Sequence record: NZ_CP067021.1
Source of the DNA: a plasmid
DNA: 64,000 nt
Direction: 5' to 3' (one strand)
The first letter of the stretch is position 1, and each line of letters opens with the position of its first letter. Positions 10,817-20,571 of this stretch are shown here, in pieces. The notes below the pieces were generated by a model. It worked only from the letters and a program-made list of their open reading frames with translations. It had not been told where the DNA came from and ran no database searches. Made by a program: the position numbers and the translations under genes.

Positions 10817-11711
10817 ATCAATAACTTACGCCATTAGGACGGAAGAAAGTTTACAACCCATTTATAAAAAACTTTCGCTGAGTTCAGACTATAACAGAAA
10901 ATCAATGAGTTACGCCATTAGGACGGAAGAAAGTTTACATCCACTTATAAAAAACTTTCGCTCGTATTTTGACACAACTATAAATCAATAACTTACGTCA
11001 TTAGGACGGAAGAAAGTTTACAACCCATTTATAAAAAACTTTCGCTGGAAGTTAGGTACAGCCAAAAAGTTATAACCTAACCTTAAAACATACTAAACAT
11101 ACTATCTATGATAGTTGAGCTATTGGATCTGGACAAAAAAGTAAAATCAATAACTTACGCTATTAGGACGGAAGAAAGTTTACAACCCATTTATAAAAAA
11201 CTTTCGCTCGTATTTTGGCACCACTATAAATCAACAACTTACATCATTAGGACGGAAGAAAGTTTACACCCACTTATAAAAAACTTTCGCTCGAAATTTG
11301 CCAGCAATATAAATCAACAACTTACATCATTAGGACGGAAGAAAGTTTACAACCCATTTATAAAAAACTTTCGCTCGAAATTTGCCAGCACTATAAATCA
11401 ACAACTTACATCATTAGGACGGAAGAAAGTTTACAACCCATTTATAAAAAACTTTCGCTCGAAATTTGCCAGCACTATAAATCAACAACTTACATCATTA
11501 GGACGGAAGAAAGTTTACAACCCATTTATAAAAAAGTTTCGCTCGAAATTTGCCAGCACTATAAATCAACAACTTACATCATTAGGACGGAAGAAAGTTT
11601 ACAACCCATTTATAAAAAAGTTTCGCTCGTATTTTGGCACCACTATAAAACAATAACTTACGTCATTAGGACGGAAGAAAGTTTACAAACCATTTATAAA
11701 AAAGTTTCGCT
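10817..11711. repeat. Array of ten ~83-84-bp direct repeats: 3 copies at 10817-11046, a ~100-bp unique insert, then 7 tandem copies at 11146-11711. Each copy has a 63-bp conserved core containing the hairpin GAAAGTTT-N17-AAACTTTC, plus a ~21-bp semi-conserved linker.
   Basis: Read directly: the core ATCAA(T/C)AACTTAC(G/A)(C/T)CATTAGGACGGAAGAAAGTTTACAACCCATTTATAAAAAACTTTCGCT recurs ten times with few substitutions. Linkers are near-identical (CGAAATTTGCCAGCACTATAA), so this is not a CRISPR array. Confidence 0.9.
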
Positions 11712-11849
11712 GGGTGCCTATCTTGAGCACATATTTATTTGATCAAGTATTACATTGGTTAACTTACATTGTAATTGTGAATATTACTCATATAAGGCAC
11801 TGTTTTTCATAGTCTTATTTATTAAGAAATTACTGTTAAAAATGCTTTT

Positions 11850-11882
11850 AATCGTAGTCTAATTAACGAATTGATGCTATAA
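11850..11882 (+). promoter_or_regulatory. Putative sigma70 promoter (TATAAT at 11875-11880) for the 11895 gene
   Basis: Perfect -10 hexamer with a weak -35. Position relative to the ORF. Confidence 0.3.
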
Positions 11883-11894
11883 TGTCTACTCAGA

Positions 11895-12392
11895 ATGCCT
11901 ATGGGAATTCGAGATATGCAATATCAATCATTTAGTCTTAGACATCAAAAAATACTCATTGACTTCAATGTGTTTAGCTCTGGCTCGTCTGATATTTTGC
12001 TAAAAGGTGTTTTATCTGCCGAATTGCTTATTCTAGTTGATAATTTAAATGCATTTTATTCTGCAGAAGACGGTAGATACGTTGTATCAGCTGAAAAAGT
12101 TAACCACGTTACAGGTCTAGATTTTAATAAGAAAACTATCAACCAGATCATGCGTGAAGCTTGTGATTTATCATTTATGATTGATACAGATGCGAAGCAA
12201 GCTGCAGCACCTATGATTGACGAAATTCAAATCTTATCAAGTGGCGATATTACTTTTAAACTCACTAAAAGCTTTGATTTTTTTAGAAATTCTCTTAGTT
12301 TTAAAAGCATATATGAGAAGCTACCATACAGGTTCACTACTTCTAAACTAGAGTTACCGCAGATCGGTCAACAAATAATGTTAATTGCGTAA
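11895..12392 (+). CDS. Hypothetical protein (165 aa)
   Basis: ORF immediately followed by a strong intrinsic terminator. Confidence 0.5.
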   Translation: MPMGIRDMQYQSFSLRHQKILIDFNVFSSGSSDILLKGVLSAELLILVDNLNAFYSAEDGRYVVSAEKVNHVTGLDFNKKTINQIMREACDLSFMIDTDAKQAAAPMIDEIQILSSGDITFKLTKSFDFFRNSLSFKSIYEKLPYRFTTSKLELPQIGQQIMLIA

Positions 12393-12394
12393 TT

Positions 12395-12418
12395 AAGCCT
12401 CTGACGAGGCTTTTTTAT
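12395..12418 (+). terminator. Rho-independent terminator (AAGCCTC-TGAC-GAGGCTT + T-run)
   Basis: 7-bp perfect stem, 4-nt loop, TTTTTT tail. Confidence 0.8.
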
Positions 12419-12559
12419 TGTCTAAAATTTAGTTAGTATATACACAGCTTTAAAGCGAAAAGACTACAACGTTAGTTGGGTTGCAAATATATTTTTATTT
12501 TTATTTTTTAATTCAATCTCAGGCAATGTACGTTGTACGTTGTCTAAAGTGGAGCAGTT

Positions 12560-14350
12560 ATGCAAGATTCTTCACAAGTCTGCATAAGTAAAGGAATTTC
12601 AGAAGATGAAATTTTTGGACTATCGCAGTCAATCAAAGACTCAATTATTAATGCCGAAACAAAAACCATGGATCTCTTGGGTTACGGCAACAAAATCAGT
12701 AATTTCATAGTCGAATGTTATCTAGATATTCCAGTTGTTGATCAATTCATTTTTTACTTAATGTTGGTGAATGCCAAAAATAAGTATGCACATCAGCTGC
12801 AGCGCGTTATCGCTGAAAAACCTGAATTATCCCAAATTGAAGCATTACAACTAGCGAACAACTTTGTTCTGAATTTTGAATACATCCGTCAAATTCTTTT
12901 ATTCAAAAATAAAGCTAATTACCTTAGCAATGGCCGTATCAAATCTTTGGCATGGAATACGCTAAATAGTGTTGGTAAAGTGATGCTACCAATGAGCTCT
13001 TTACGCCAAATGGACAGCGAACCATTTTCAAGAAATGACGTAGACAGCGTAACTCATAAAAGAATGTTTGCCAGTACGGGCTATTTTGAATTAGATAACA
13101 ATGCGTTTATTTGCTATCAGCTTGAAGAAACGTTGATTGCCAATCTATCTGAATTAGATTTTGATAAAAAGGGGCGCTACACAGTTCTCGACACTTTAAC
13201 GGTTCTTGGATTTAAGGACCGTTTTGATCTTTATATGTATAACTTGATGAAGATCAATGAGTTTCGTGGCGAAGTGGTTATTCCTTACATTGACTTCAAA
13301 GCATTAACCGAGTTTTCAGTAGAATTTAAATACAAAGCAAGTGATTTTTACCGTAAACGACTTCTTGTTTCATTAGAAAGACTGAATAACAATCCATCTA
13401 TTGAATTATTTATTTCTGTTAAGTATGAACCATGCAATAAGCGTACACCAGATCGTGACAATTTTTGCAATTATCGTTTTCAGATTCAGTTGAAGTCCAA
13501 CTATCGTAAAGCGCTTAATACATTAAATGAAATGTGTGCAAAGGTTCAGGATGAACAGGGCAATGAGCTTAAAATCAGTAATGCGCTCTTCACTTCAGCA
13601 ATTCGATTGAATAATGGTGAACCTGAAAAAGTAATAGAACTTGTTAAGGATCGTTTAGCTGCTTATACAACTAAGAATGGACCATCATATTTAGCTAAAA
13701 ATCTTAATTTGGTTGCGTCTTATGTTACGCGAGCTCTAGAAGATCTATATAAAAGTAATCACTTCTTTGAAAGATTCCTAAACGATATGAAGCAAGCAGA
13801 TAATTTACTTTATCTGAGAAATCGTGATAAGAAAGTTGAGATCGAAAACAAAAGTGCATCTACTTTCTCAAGCGAATTCATTAATATTCGCGACAAAGTT
13901 GATGTTACCACTTGTGAAATTCTTACAAACGCTGAGTACATTTCAAAGAAAACGGAAGCTACTGTAATTATTGATTATGCTTTCATACGTAATTCTATTT
14001 TTATTACACATCCTCATTTGCGCCACCAGCGAAATGCAGACGAGAAAAAATACATAGATCTCGTGTGTGAAAGCACAAAGCTTTGCCAAATATTCTTTGG
14101 TACGGGTAATGAAAATAAAAAAACGTTAACTCAAAACTATTTAACAGAACTCCTGTTTGAACATTTTTTTGATGATAATTTCCACTTGAACTCAGATGTA
14201 TTAAAGAATCTTCTAAAAAAAGATAAGGACTATTGGGTACAAGAAAAGCAAAAGACATTTATGCGGTTGTGGAAACTTGCAAATGAGTTCAGTTTAAAAG
14301 CTATTAGTCCAGCGAACTACAACGGTAAAGAGAGTTCAGACAATGAATAA
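12560..14350 (+). CDS. Hypothetical protein (596 aa)
   Basis: Long ORF with no recognisable motif. It sits downstream of the repeat array, so a replication/partition role is possible but unsupported. Confidence 0.7.
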   Translation: MQDSSQVCISKGISEDEIFGLSQSIKDSIINAETKTMDLLGYGNKISNFIVECYLDIPVVDQFIFYLMLVNAKNKYAHQLQRVIAEKPELSQIEALQLANNFVLNFEYIRQILLFKNKANYLSNGRIKSLAWNTLNSVGKVMLPMSSLRQMDSEPFSRNDVDSVTHKRMFASTGYFELDNNAFICYQLEETLIANLSELDFDKKGRYTVLDTLTVLGFKDRFDLYMYNLMKINEFRGEVVIPYIDFKALTEFSVEFKYKASDFYRKRLLVSLERLNNNPSIELFISVKYEPCNKRTPDRDNFCNYRFQIQLKSNYRKALNTLNEMCAKVQDEQGNELKISNALFTSAIRLNNGEPEKVIELVKDRLAAYTTKNGPSYLAKNLNLVASYVTRALEDLYKSNHFFERFLNDMKQADNLLYLRNRDKKVEIENKSASTFSSEFINIRDKVDVTTCEILTNAEYISKKTEATVIIDYAFIRNSIFITHPHLRHQRNADEKKYIDLVCESTKLCQIFFGTGNENKKTLTQNYLTELLFEHFFDDNFHLNSDVLKNLLKKDKDYWVQEKQKTFMRLWKLANEFSLKAISPANYNGKESSDNE

Positions 14351-14945
14351 TAAACTTTATTTATGTGCAATTTTTACGGCTACTATATTGAGTAGTAGTG
14401 CAAATGCCGATTTTAGTGATTGGTATAAAAAAGCAACTTCAAATGAAGATTCAACTCAGCAAGTGCCAGCTCAACAACAGCAAGCACCTGGTCAAATTCA
14501 ACAGCAAGCACCAGTTCAGGTTCAGCAACAGCCGATACAGCAAAGACAATATAATTCTAATCGGAACACCACAGCTACGCGTTACCAAAACAATAATGCA
14601 AATGTCACTGGTGATTCTGGCCTTGAAGCACGAATGAATAACTTGAATTCGACCATTGAGAATCTAAACAAGTCATCAAAAAGTGGTGACAACCTCACGA
14701 ATAACTATCTAAATATTGTTCAATTCATAGTGATAAACGAAGAAACACGTAAATTGGATGGTAAAGACAATACATCACTGATCAATAACATGTTGGCTGG
14801 TATTGTGAGTTGTCAGAATAAATACAAAGTCGATGTTATACAAAAAGTGAATAATCAACTCCCAAGAGATGTTGCTAACACCGTACAACGGTATTTAAGC
14901 CAGAATGGACGCTCTATTGGTGCAAACGGCAACTGTTTATACTAA
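14343..14945 (+). CDS. Secreted Gln-rich hypothetical protein (200 aa) with an N-terminal signal peptide
   Basis: Hydrophobic N-terminus LYLCAIFTATILSSSANA, then a Q-rich stretch. Followed by a hairpin plus T-run. Confidence 0.6.
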   Translation: MNNKLYLCAIFTATILSSSANADFSDWYKKATSNEDSTQQVPAQQQQAPGQIQQQAPVQVQQQPIQQRQYNSNRNTTATRYQNNNANVTGDSGLEARMNNLNSTIENLNKSSKSGDNLTNNYLNIVQFIVINEETRKLDGKDNTSLINNMLAGIVSCQNKYKVDVIQKVNNQLPRDVANTVQRYLSQNGRSIGANGNCLY

Positions 14946-15046
14946 TTAAACCCCCTTTTAAAACCGTCCTTAAAAGGCGGTTTTTTTTATTCTTAAAACA
15001 TACCTATTTATTTTAAAACCACATTCTATATACTACTAACAGTTTA

Positions 15047-15916
15047 ATGAATATTAATGTGGGTTTTATCATGATCAGTTCTAAAACAATATATGAACTA
15101 TATCAATTGCTGAATCAATCCGAAGTACAAGAATTAAAATCATCTATAACTGAGACTTTTGGTGCAGATGTGGAAAGTGAAGTTGATAAAAGCCCGGTCT
15201 TACAGCAAAAGATCAATTATTTTATTTATCAATATATACATCTCAAGCATCCAGAAAGAACAGACAAGATCTTATTCGATGCAAATGAGTCGGCTCACGA
15301 GGTTGTAAAAACAGAACACCTTAAAAGTGAGCCAGTACCCTTATTAAAAGATTTTGTATCAAACAGCAGCAATAAAAGTTTAGCACCTGAAGAACAAAAA
15401 GATGTAATTGCAGTCACTTTACCAGCCGAATTATCTGACATTCCTGTTGAACCAACAAATCAAAACCATACAGGAAATAATGAAGTAAAACATGACTATA
15501 ACATTATCCTTGATGGTCGAACTAAGCTAAATATATTGCTCGAAAGATATTTAAGTGGTGTTGATGATGTGGCTCGTGAAATCATTGTGAAGTGCTTTCT
15601 TGTTATCTCTATATTTGTAGCACTGATCTCTCTTGTTATGGTTCTTCTGAATACGACCAATATTAACCAGATCCAAGAAATGTATGATATTGGCCATAAA
15701 ACATTCCTATTCCAATATGCTGAAGTCTGCAATGTAAATGTTGAAGTTGCAAAAGCGAATCCATGTGTTATCTCAGAAATCAATAAACGTATTTCTGAAC
15801 TATCAAATAGCAGATTTTGGAACACGTTCGGGGTGGTGCTTTTCTCACTTTTATCGTGCTTTTTCTTCTACCATATCTCTACTTACCGTGATTCTAAAGA
15901 TAAGCACAACGGCTAG
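15047..15916 (+). CDS. Hypothetical membrane-anchored protein (289 aa; alternative start at 15071)
   Basis: ORF with hydrophobic segments near the C-terminus (FLVISIFVALISLVMVLL). Confidence 0.55.
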   Translation: MNINVGFIMISSKTIYELYQLLNQSEVQELKSSITETFGADVESEVDKSPVLQQKINYFIYQYIHLKHPERTDKILFDANESAHEVVKTEHLKSEPVPLLKDFVSNSSNKSLAPEEQKDVIAVTLPAELSDIPVEPTNQNHTGNNEVKHDYNIILDGRTKLNILLERYLSGVDDVAREIIVKCFLVISIFVALISLVMVLLNTTNINQIQEMYDIGHKTFLFQYAEVCNVNVEVAKANPCVISEINKRISELSNSRFWNTFGVVLFSLLSCFFFYHISTYRDSKDKHNG

Positions 15917-16047
15917 TCTTAAAAGGAGGGTAGGGTGTTTTAAAATGGTCTTAAAAGGCCATTTTTTTATTTTAATAACAAAGTTTTATAGTTGATAAAA
16001 GGTATTCTAAAAGTATAATAGATACACTCTTAAAACTGGAATGCGTT

Positions 16048-16419
16048 GTGCTTTTTAAAATTCCAAAAACGGGTGAGATTGATTCAAGTGAACAATCGAT
16101 GACAGGCCTGGTACTCAAATCGGCATACAACTTAGTTGCCATTTTCAATATTTGCTACATCTTTGTAGTTGTATTCTTTGTGTTTGAAATGTTTTTAAAT
16201 ACAACGATATACAAGATTAAATATCTACCAGAAACCCTCAATACTCCATCATATATATTGCAAATCATCATATTCATTTTATGTTTTTCTTCACTTCTGT
16301 ATGCGATAAACAAAATGTTTGATGAAAAGTATATCCCTACACGCAAAGAAATCTATCTATTCCTTATCTCTTTTACTATCAATAGTTTATCAATGTTTAA
16401 TTTTTTAGCTACCAAATAA
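16048..16419 (+). CDS. Small integral membrane protein (123 aa)
   Basis: Three predicted hydrophobic helices. Confidence 0.45.
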   Translation: MLFKIPKTGEIDSSEQSMTGLVLKSAYNLVAIFNICYIFVVVFFVFEMFLNTTIYKIKYLPETLNTPSYILQIIIFILCFSSLLYAINKMFDEKYIPTRKEIYLFLISFTINSLSMFNFLATK

Positions 16420-16601
16420 CACTGTAATACCAAGTTCCCACCGTAGCCTAAGCAAAAGTTACCTGTTTTTTTGGGTTTTAAAAGCAGTGAACAAGGGCAG
16501 AATTAAAACACAAAAAAATAAAATTAATAGTTTTAAAAAATATTTTTTAAAACTAAATCAGTGATAATATGTAACCAACGTTAAGTTTAAGAAAGTATAT
16601 T

Positions 16602-17732
16602 ATGTCTGATATTCGCAGCATCTATTTTTACGGTAATAATAAAAGCATCAAATTGGGTAAAAACCCAATCTTAAATACTGTCTTTGAAATTTTTCCAGCC
16701 ACTAAAACCCCTTTAAAGCGGATTCTTAATCATAACCACCAGTGGGTTAGTAATTGCGCTTTTTACGTGCCTAACGATGTGAAAAGTGAATGGGTTAAAA
16801 CGGTAACACTTTCAATTTTGACAATCTCAATTATGGCTTCCTTCCGTAATGCAATTGCACAGCAAAAAGGGTTGTCACCAAACGATGAAGCACTTGATGA
16901 AGAGGTAGAGAACCTTGTGCCAGATTCGTTATTCAATTCTGCTATTGAATTATCGGATCTTAAAAAAAGTTTATTAGAAGTTCTGCCAAATTTAATGAGC
17001 GAATACCTTGCACAAAACTTTGGTGAATACGAAAGCATTATTACAAACGGTGTAGCTAAGCTTTTTATTGATAACCATGAATTTTTGGATAAGCAACTTG
17101 ATTCTGATGCTGGAACAGATAATCAGATTTCAATGTTAAATTTTACTGACAATGCAGATGAATTATTTCACACAACAAACTATATTTTAGTCCGTATTGC
17201 TGATTCAAATGAAAACTTGAAAATCAACTTTACTAACAGCAAACCACATGCAGAACACTTAGGCCGAATTCTGCATACATTGTTGGGGGATGAAAGTTTT
17301 GAGATCTCAAAAGGTTCAATTGAGATACCTAATGACGAAGATGGCCAAGAAATTTTCATCTTTGAAAAAGAAACGAACTTTATTGATTTTTACAATTCAT
17401 TATTGCTGGAAGTTAGTTTTTTTCTAGATCATGCAACAGTCTTAGAGCATATAGAAAAGTATGCACCAATTAACCAAACACTAAGCAGTTTGAGTGAGAA
17501 TTTAGAAAAGAATATTAACTTTGTCATTTCTTCATTCAAAGAAACTCGCGATCTATCTGCATATTTAGAAAGCCGTGCTCAAATCATAGGGTTAATTCAT
17601 GAAGCTGCACAAATCGCCAGCATTGAAATACAGCCAGTTGCTCAGGCTAAGGACCTTAAATCGTTAATTGAATCGCATCACCTGGTTACTTTTAATGATA
17701 AAGACACCTTTAAACAATTTAATTTATTTTGA
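16602..17732 (+). CDS. Hypothetical protein (376 aa)
   Basis: ORF. Confidence 0.65.
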   Translation: MSDIRSIYFYGNNKSIKLGKNPILNTVFEIFPATKTPLKRILNHNHQWVSNCAFYVPNDVKSEWVKTVTLSILTISIMASFRNAIAQQKGLSPNDEALDEEVENLVPDSLFNSAIELSDLKKSLLEVLPNLMSEYLAQNFGEYESIITNGVAKLFIDNHEFLDKQLDSDAGTDNQISMLNFTDNADELFHTTNYILVRIADSNENLKINFTNSKPHAEHLGRILHTLLGDESFEISKGSIEIPNDEDGQEIFIFEKETNFIDFYNSLLLEVSFFLDHATVLEHIEKYAPINQTLSSLSENLEKNINFVISSFKETRDLSAYLESRAQIIGLIHEAAQIASIEIQPVAQAKDLKSLIESHHLVTFNDKDTFKQFNLF

Positions 17733-17749
17733 GGTGAATATGAAATTTG

Positions 17750-18252
17750 TTATTAAAAATGGCATTGGTACACGTAAAGTCGAAGTGGATCTCGCATTAG
17801 ATATACCATTGGTGCTACAAAAATCCATTTCTGTAATTGAGTATGAAGATTTCTTTAAATATTTTAGTGAGCAACATTTTCACATTTGCAAATTTAGAAC
17901 GTTGAACTTTAAAGATAATAGCGTAGAGGGAAGTAGTAAGGAATTAAATCGCTTTATCTGGCTTGCTATGGCACATCAAGCTTATATGGAGCGTAAAGCT
18001 TTACTACCAAGTAAATATATTGCGGATCTAGAAGCTTCAATTTCAAGCATGTTTAATTTAGAGAGCGAATCGCGAGAATGGTACCGAGCTATTCACAAAG
18101 CCATAGATGCTTACCTTAAATCACAATTTCCTGAAGCAATAGATTTTTTACCTTCCAACATTGCACCACTGGATGAAGTGACTAAAATTCTTATGCAAGA
18201 AGTACAGCCAGTGATACCAGTTGCAGACGAGCCAGCGAAGCTTTATAGCTGA
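17750..18252 (+). CDS. Hypothetical protein (167 aa from the ATG at 17750; the ORF track begins earlier, at 17668)
   Basis: GAGGTG RBS 5 nt upstream of the ATG at 17750. Followed by a bidirectional terminator. Confidence 0.55.
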
Positions 18253-18273
18253 TTCTAGAAATAATTAAGACAT

Positions 18274-18308
18274 AAAAAAACCATCTAAAAATTAGATGGT
18301 TTTTTTTG
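18274..18308. terminator. Bidirectional rho-independent terminator (A-run, CCATCTAA-AAA-TTAGATGG, T-run)
   Basis: 8-bp perfect stem flanked by A7 and T9 runs, between convergent genes. Confidence 0.8.
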
Positions 18309-18317
18309 TTTGTGTTT

Positions 18318-18980
18318 TTATAATTTTGCGAATACTTCAGGATTGTCATTCATAAACTGTTCAATGAAATCATTGTCTAATTCGACATGTTTTGGAAGCT
18401 TCTCATGTTCACGAACAATGGATTTTATAGATTCAATATTTTGCTGATTGAAAACAGGTGTTGTACGGCTCTTATAGCCAGTATCAGCCATCGCATAGCG
18501 ATCATCAAACATACCTGAAGAGGTATTAGAATCGACTTCTGAGTCGCTTATAGATAGTGTTAAGTTGCGGTCTTCAGCTAACTTTAAAATGAATTCGTCA
18601 GAGATAAAGTTACGTAGCTCATGCAGCATAGATTCAACTTTATTGTGTTTAAAAAGCACCTTTGCAATTGAACGACAAGATAAGAAACCTTTTGTGATGT
18701 TTAGATCTAGTAATTTTTGAGGAATGATTGGATCGCTTTTCTTGTTGCTATTCGCGATCTGTTCAACTTCTTCATCAGTCATAGAAGCTATAATGTTTTT
18801 AAAGAAATTGCCATATTGAAACTTTTCAATTTTCTCCAGCATTGTCACTTGTTCTGTATCTAATAAGCAAAAAGAAATAGGTTTAAGCTTGCGTTGGTCG
18901 GTTTTGCTTAAACTGCCATTTTGGTTTAAGCGGTTCTCTTTGGTTTTAGCGTTAGTTTTAGAGTTAGTCATTTTAAACAC
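18318..18980 (-). CDS. Hypothetical protein (220 aa)
   Basis: ORF convergent with the preceding gene. Confidence 0.6.
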   Translation of the reverse strand: MFKMTNSKTNAKTKENRLNQNGSLSKTDQRKLKPISFCLLDTEQVTMLEKIEKFQYGNFFKNIIASMTDEEVEQIANSNKKSDPIIPQKLLDLNITKGFLSCRSIAKVLFKHNKVESMLHELRNFISDEFILKLAEDRNLTLSISDSEVDSNTSSGMFDDRYAMADTGYKSRTTPVFNQQNIESIKSIVREHEKLPKHVELDNDFIEQFMNDNPEVFAKL

Positions 18981-19135
18981 CTTTCAATATGTTTTAAACT
19001 TTGGTTAATACCAATAATCATATTATAAGTGGTTTTAGCTAAAATACAAAAAATGAACATTTTGTTTTTTTAAAAAAATCTTTTAAATGTTTTTCGTATA
19101 TACTATAAGAATATCTATCTTAAAAGGTATAACTC

Positions 19136-19558
19136 GTGATTAAAACTGATACAGGCGATACGGTTGGAGGGGGTTTAACGAATCCTCAGGATGAAGTTCT
19201 AGCATTGTTAGAAGAGTGCTTAAACTCTGAACAATATACAGCTCGTATTACTTATATTTGTGAAGATGGCGGTCAATTAGTAGGTAAAAAGGCAGCTTTA
19301 AAGATTTTAAAGGAACAAGAGGACAATGGTTTAATGCTGGTTCCAATACCAGTCTTAGGAAAACAACTAAGAGTCTGGAGTGGTTTAAGTAAAACCAAAA
19401 TGTCTAGTCACACAGGATTGTACAACAATATACAGTGGTCAAAGTTTGAAAGTGGCGAAAAGTTAATAACAAAGCAAGCGTGGACATTACTTCAACTTAG
19501 ACTTGGGGTTCATCCAAAATACAAATTGGTTTTAAAAAATGAATTAGATGTCGAGTGA
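19136..19558 (+). CDS. Hypothetical protein (140 aa, GTG start)
   Basis: ORF. Confidence 0.45.
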   Translation: MIKTDTGDTVGGGLTNPQDEVLALLEECLNSEQYTARITYICEDGGQLVGKKAALKILKEQEDNGLMLVPIPVLGKQLRVWSGLSKTKMSSHTGLYNNIQWSKFESGEKLITKQAWTLLQLRLGVHPKYKLVLKNELDVE

Positions 19559-20073
19559 ATTATATGTTAGTGAAATTAGCCCTTAGTGGTCATGCTTCTC
19601 CAGAAGCTTTAAGTAAATTTGAACGTATCAAAGCGTATGTGCCAGATAGCGCACCTGTTTTGGTCACATACTTTAATAAACAAGTTTTATTAAGTGATCT
19701 ACTGGTTAATTTTTCTAATTTTTTACCATCGCTCGAAATCACAAAAGATAAAGACATGCTGGTTACGATTAGAGGAAATGAAACACCTTTAGTCGAATTT
19801 ATTGTCAATTTAAAACTATACAGCATGAAATTAGGCAAACTTTTCTTTGAATTTGAGAATCAATTTAAAGAAAAAGAGCAAGACTTTAAGGGCTTTATTA
19901 AACGTCACAAACTTAAAGGTTTTGATCATGCCAATTTTGTTAATTACGTGAAACTAGGTGCATATGATAGTGCTTTAGACATTATCAAACACCAGTACGA
20001 AAGCGTTAAAAAAACATTCTTTGTACTGTTTAAAGATCGTTTCACCCTATTAGAAAGCAAGGGTTTTATTTAA
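19555..20073 (+). CDS. Hypothetical protein (172 aa)
   Basis: ORF with a 4-bp overlap with the upstream gene. Confidence 0.5.
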   Translation: MNYMLVKLALSGHASPEALSKFERIKAYVPDSAPVLVTYFNKQVLLSDLLVNFSNFLPSLEITKDKDMLVTIRGNETPLVEFIVNLKLYSMKLGKLFFEFENQFKEKEQDFKGFIKRHKLKGFDHANFVNYVKLGAYDSALDIIKHQYESVKKTFFVLFKDRFTLLESKGFI

Positions 20074-20082
20074 GGATATTCT

Positions 20083-20571
20083 ATGGAAATGTTAGATCCA
20101 TCAAACACAAACCCTGGGCTCTTTTTAGTCATAATGGCTACGGCAATTGGTACCATACTTTTTGGTTTTTTAATTGTCGCTTTAATTGCACGATATAAGT
20201 TCAAGATTAGAGTTACGGTATCTAGTTTTATAGCTGCAGTTACTTTATCTGTATTTAGCTTTATATGCTTTGGTTCACTTGGTCCGATGGAACCTAAATA
20301 CAGTACTTCAGTTGTTCAGCTTTATGCGTTGGGCTTACTGGCTGGTACTTTAATATTAAATATAGTTCTTCTGAAATTATTCAGCCCTAAAACTATTGAA
20401 CAGTTAGCTTTGAAAGGTTTTAATAAGTCAGAAAATGAACAAAAAGAGCATTACAAAAACATCTTAAAAGAGTTTAAATGTATTACTGATTTGGAAGATA
20501 AAAACAAGCTTAATAAGCGCAGTTTTAACTTGTTAAATGTTTTTAAACATAAAGGAAAACAAAATGTTTGA
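20083..20571 (+). CDS. Membrane protein (162 aa, three TM helices)
   Basis: Hydrophobic segments. Confidence 0.5.
   Translation: MEMLDPSNTNPGLFLVIMATAIGTILFGFLIVALIARYKFKIRVTVSSFIAAVTLSVFSFICFGSLGPMEPKYSTSVVQLYALGLLAGTLILNIVLLKLFSPKTIEQLALKGFNKSENEQKEHYKNILKEFKCITDLEDKNKLNKRSFNLLNVFKHKGKQNV

Noticed and set aside
11108-11656. 182-aa ORF with internally repeated peptide (…KNFRSKFASTINQQLTSLGRKKVYNPF… x4)
   Set aside because: It is simply the translation of the 83-bp DNA repeat array. The periodicity is at the DNA level (83/84 bp, not a multiple of 3 throughout), it has no RBS, and the same is true of 10779-10991.
10817-11711. Possible CRISPR array
   Set aside because: The repeat units are 63 bp and the intervening 21-bp segments are near-identical rather than unique spacers. 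There are no cas genes.
14398-14637. 79-aa ORF in an alternative frame of the secreted Q-rich protein gene
   Set aside because: Fully overlapped by the longer signal-peptide-bearing ORF.
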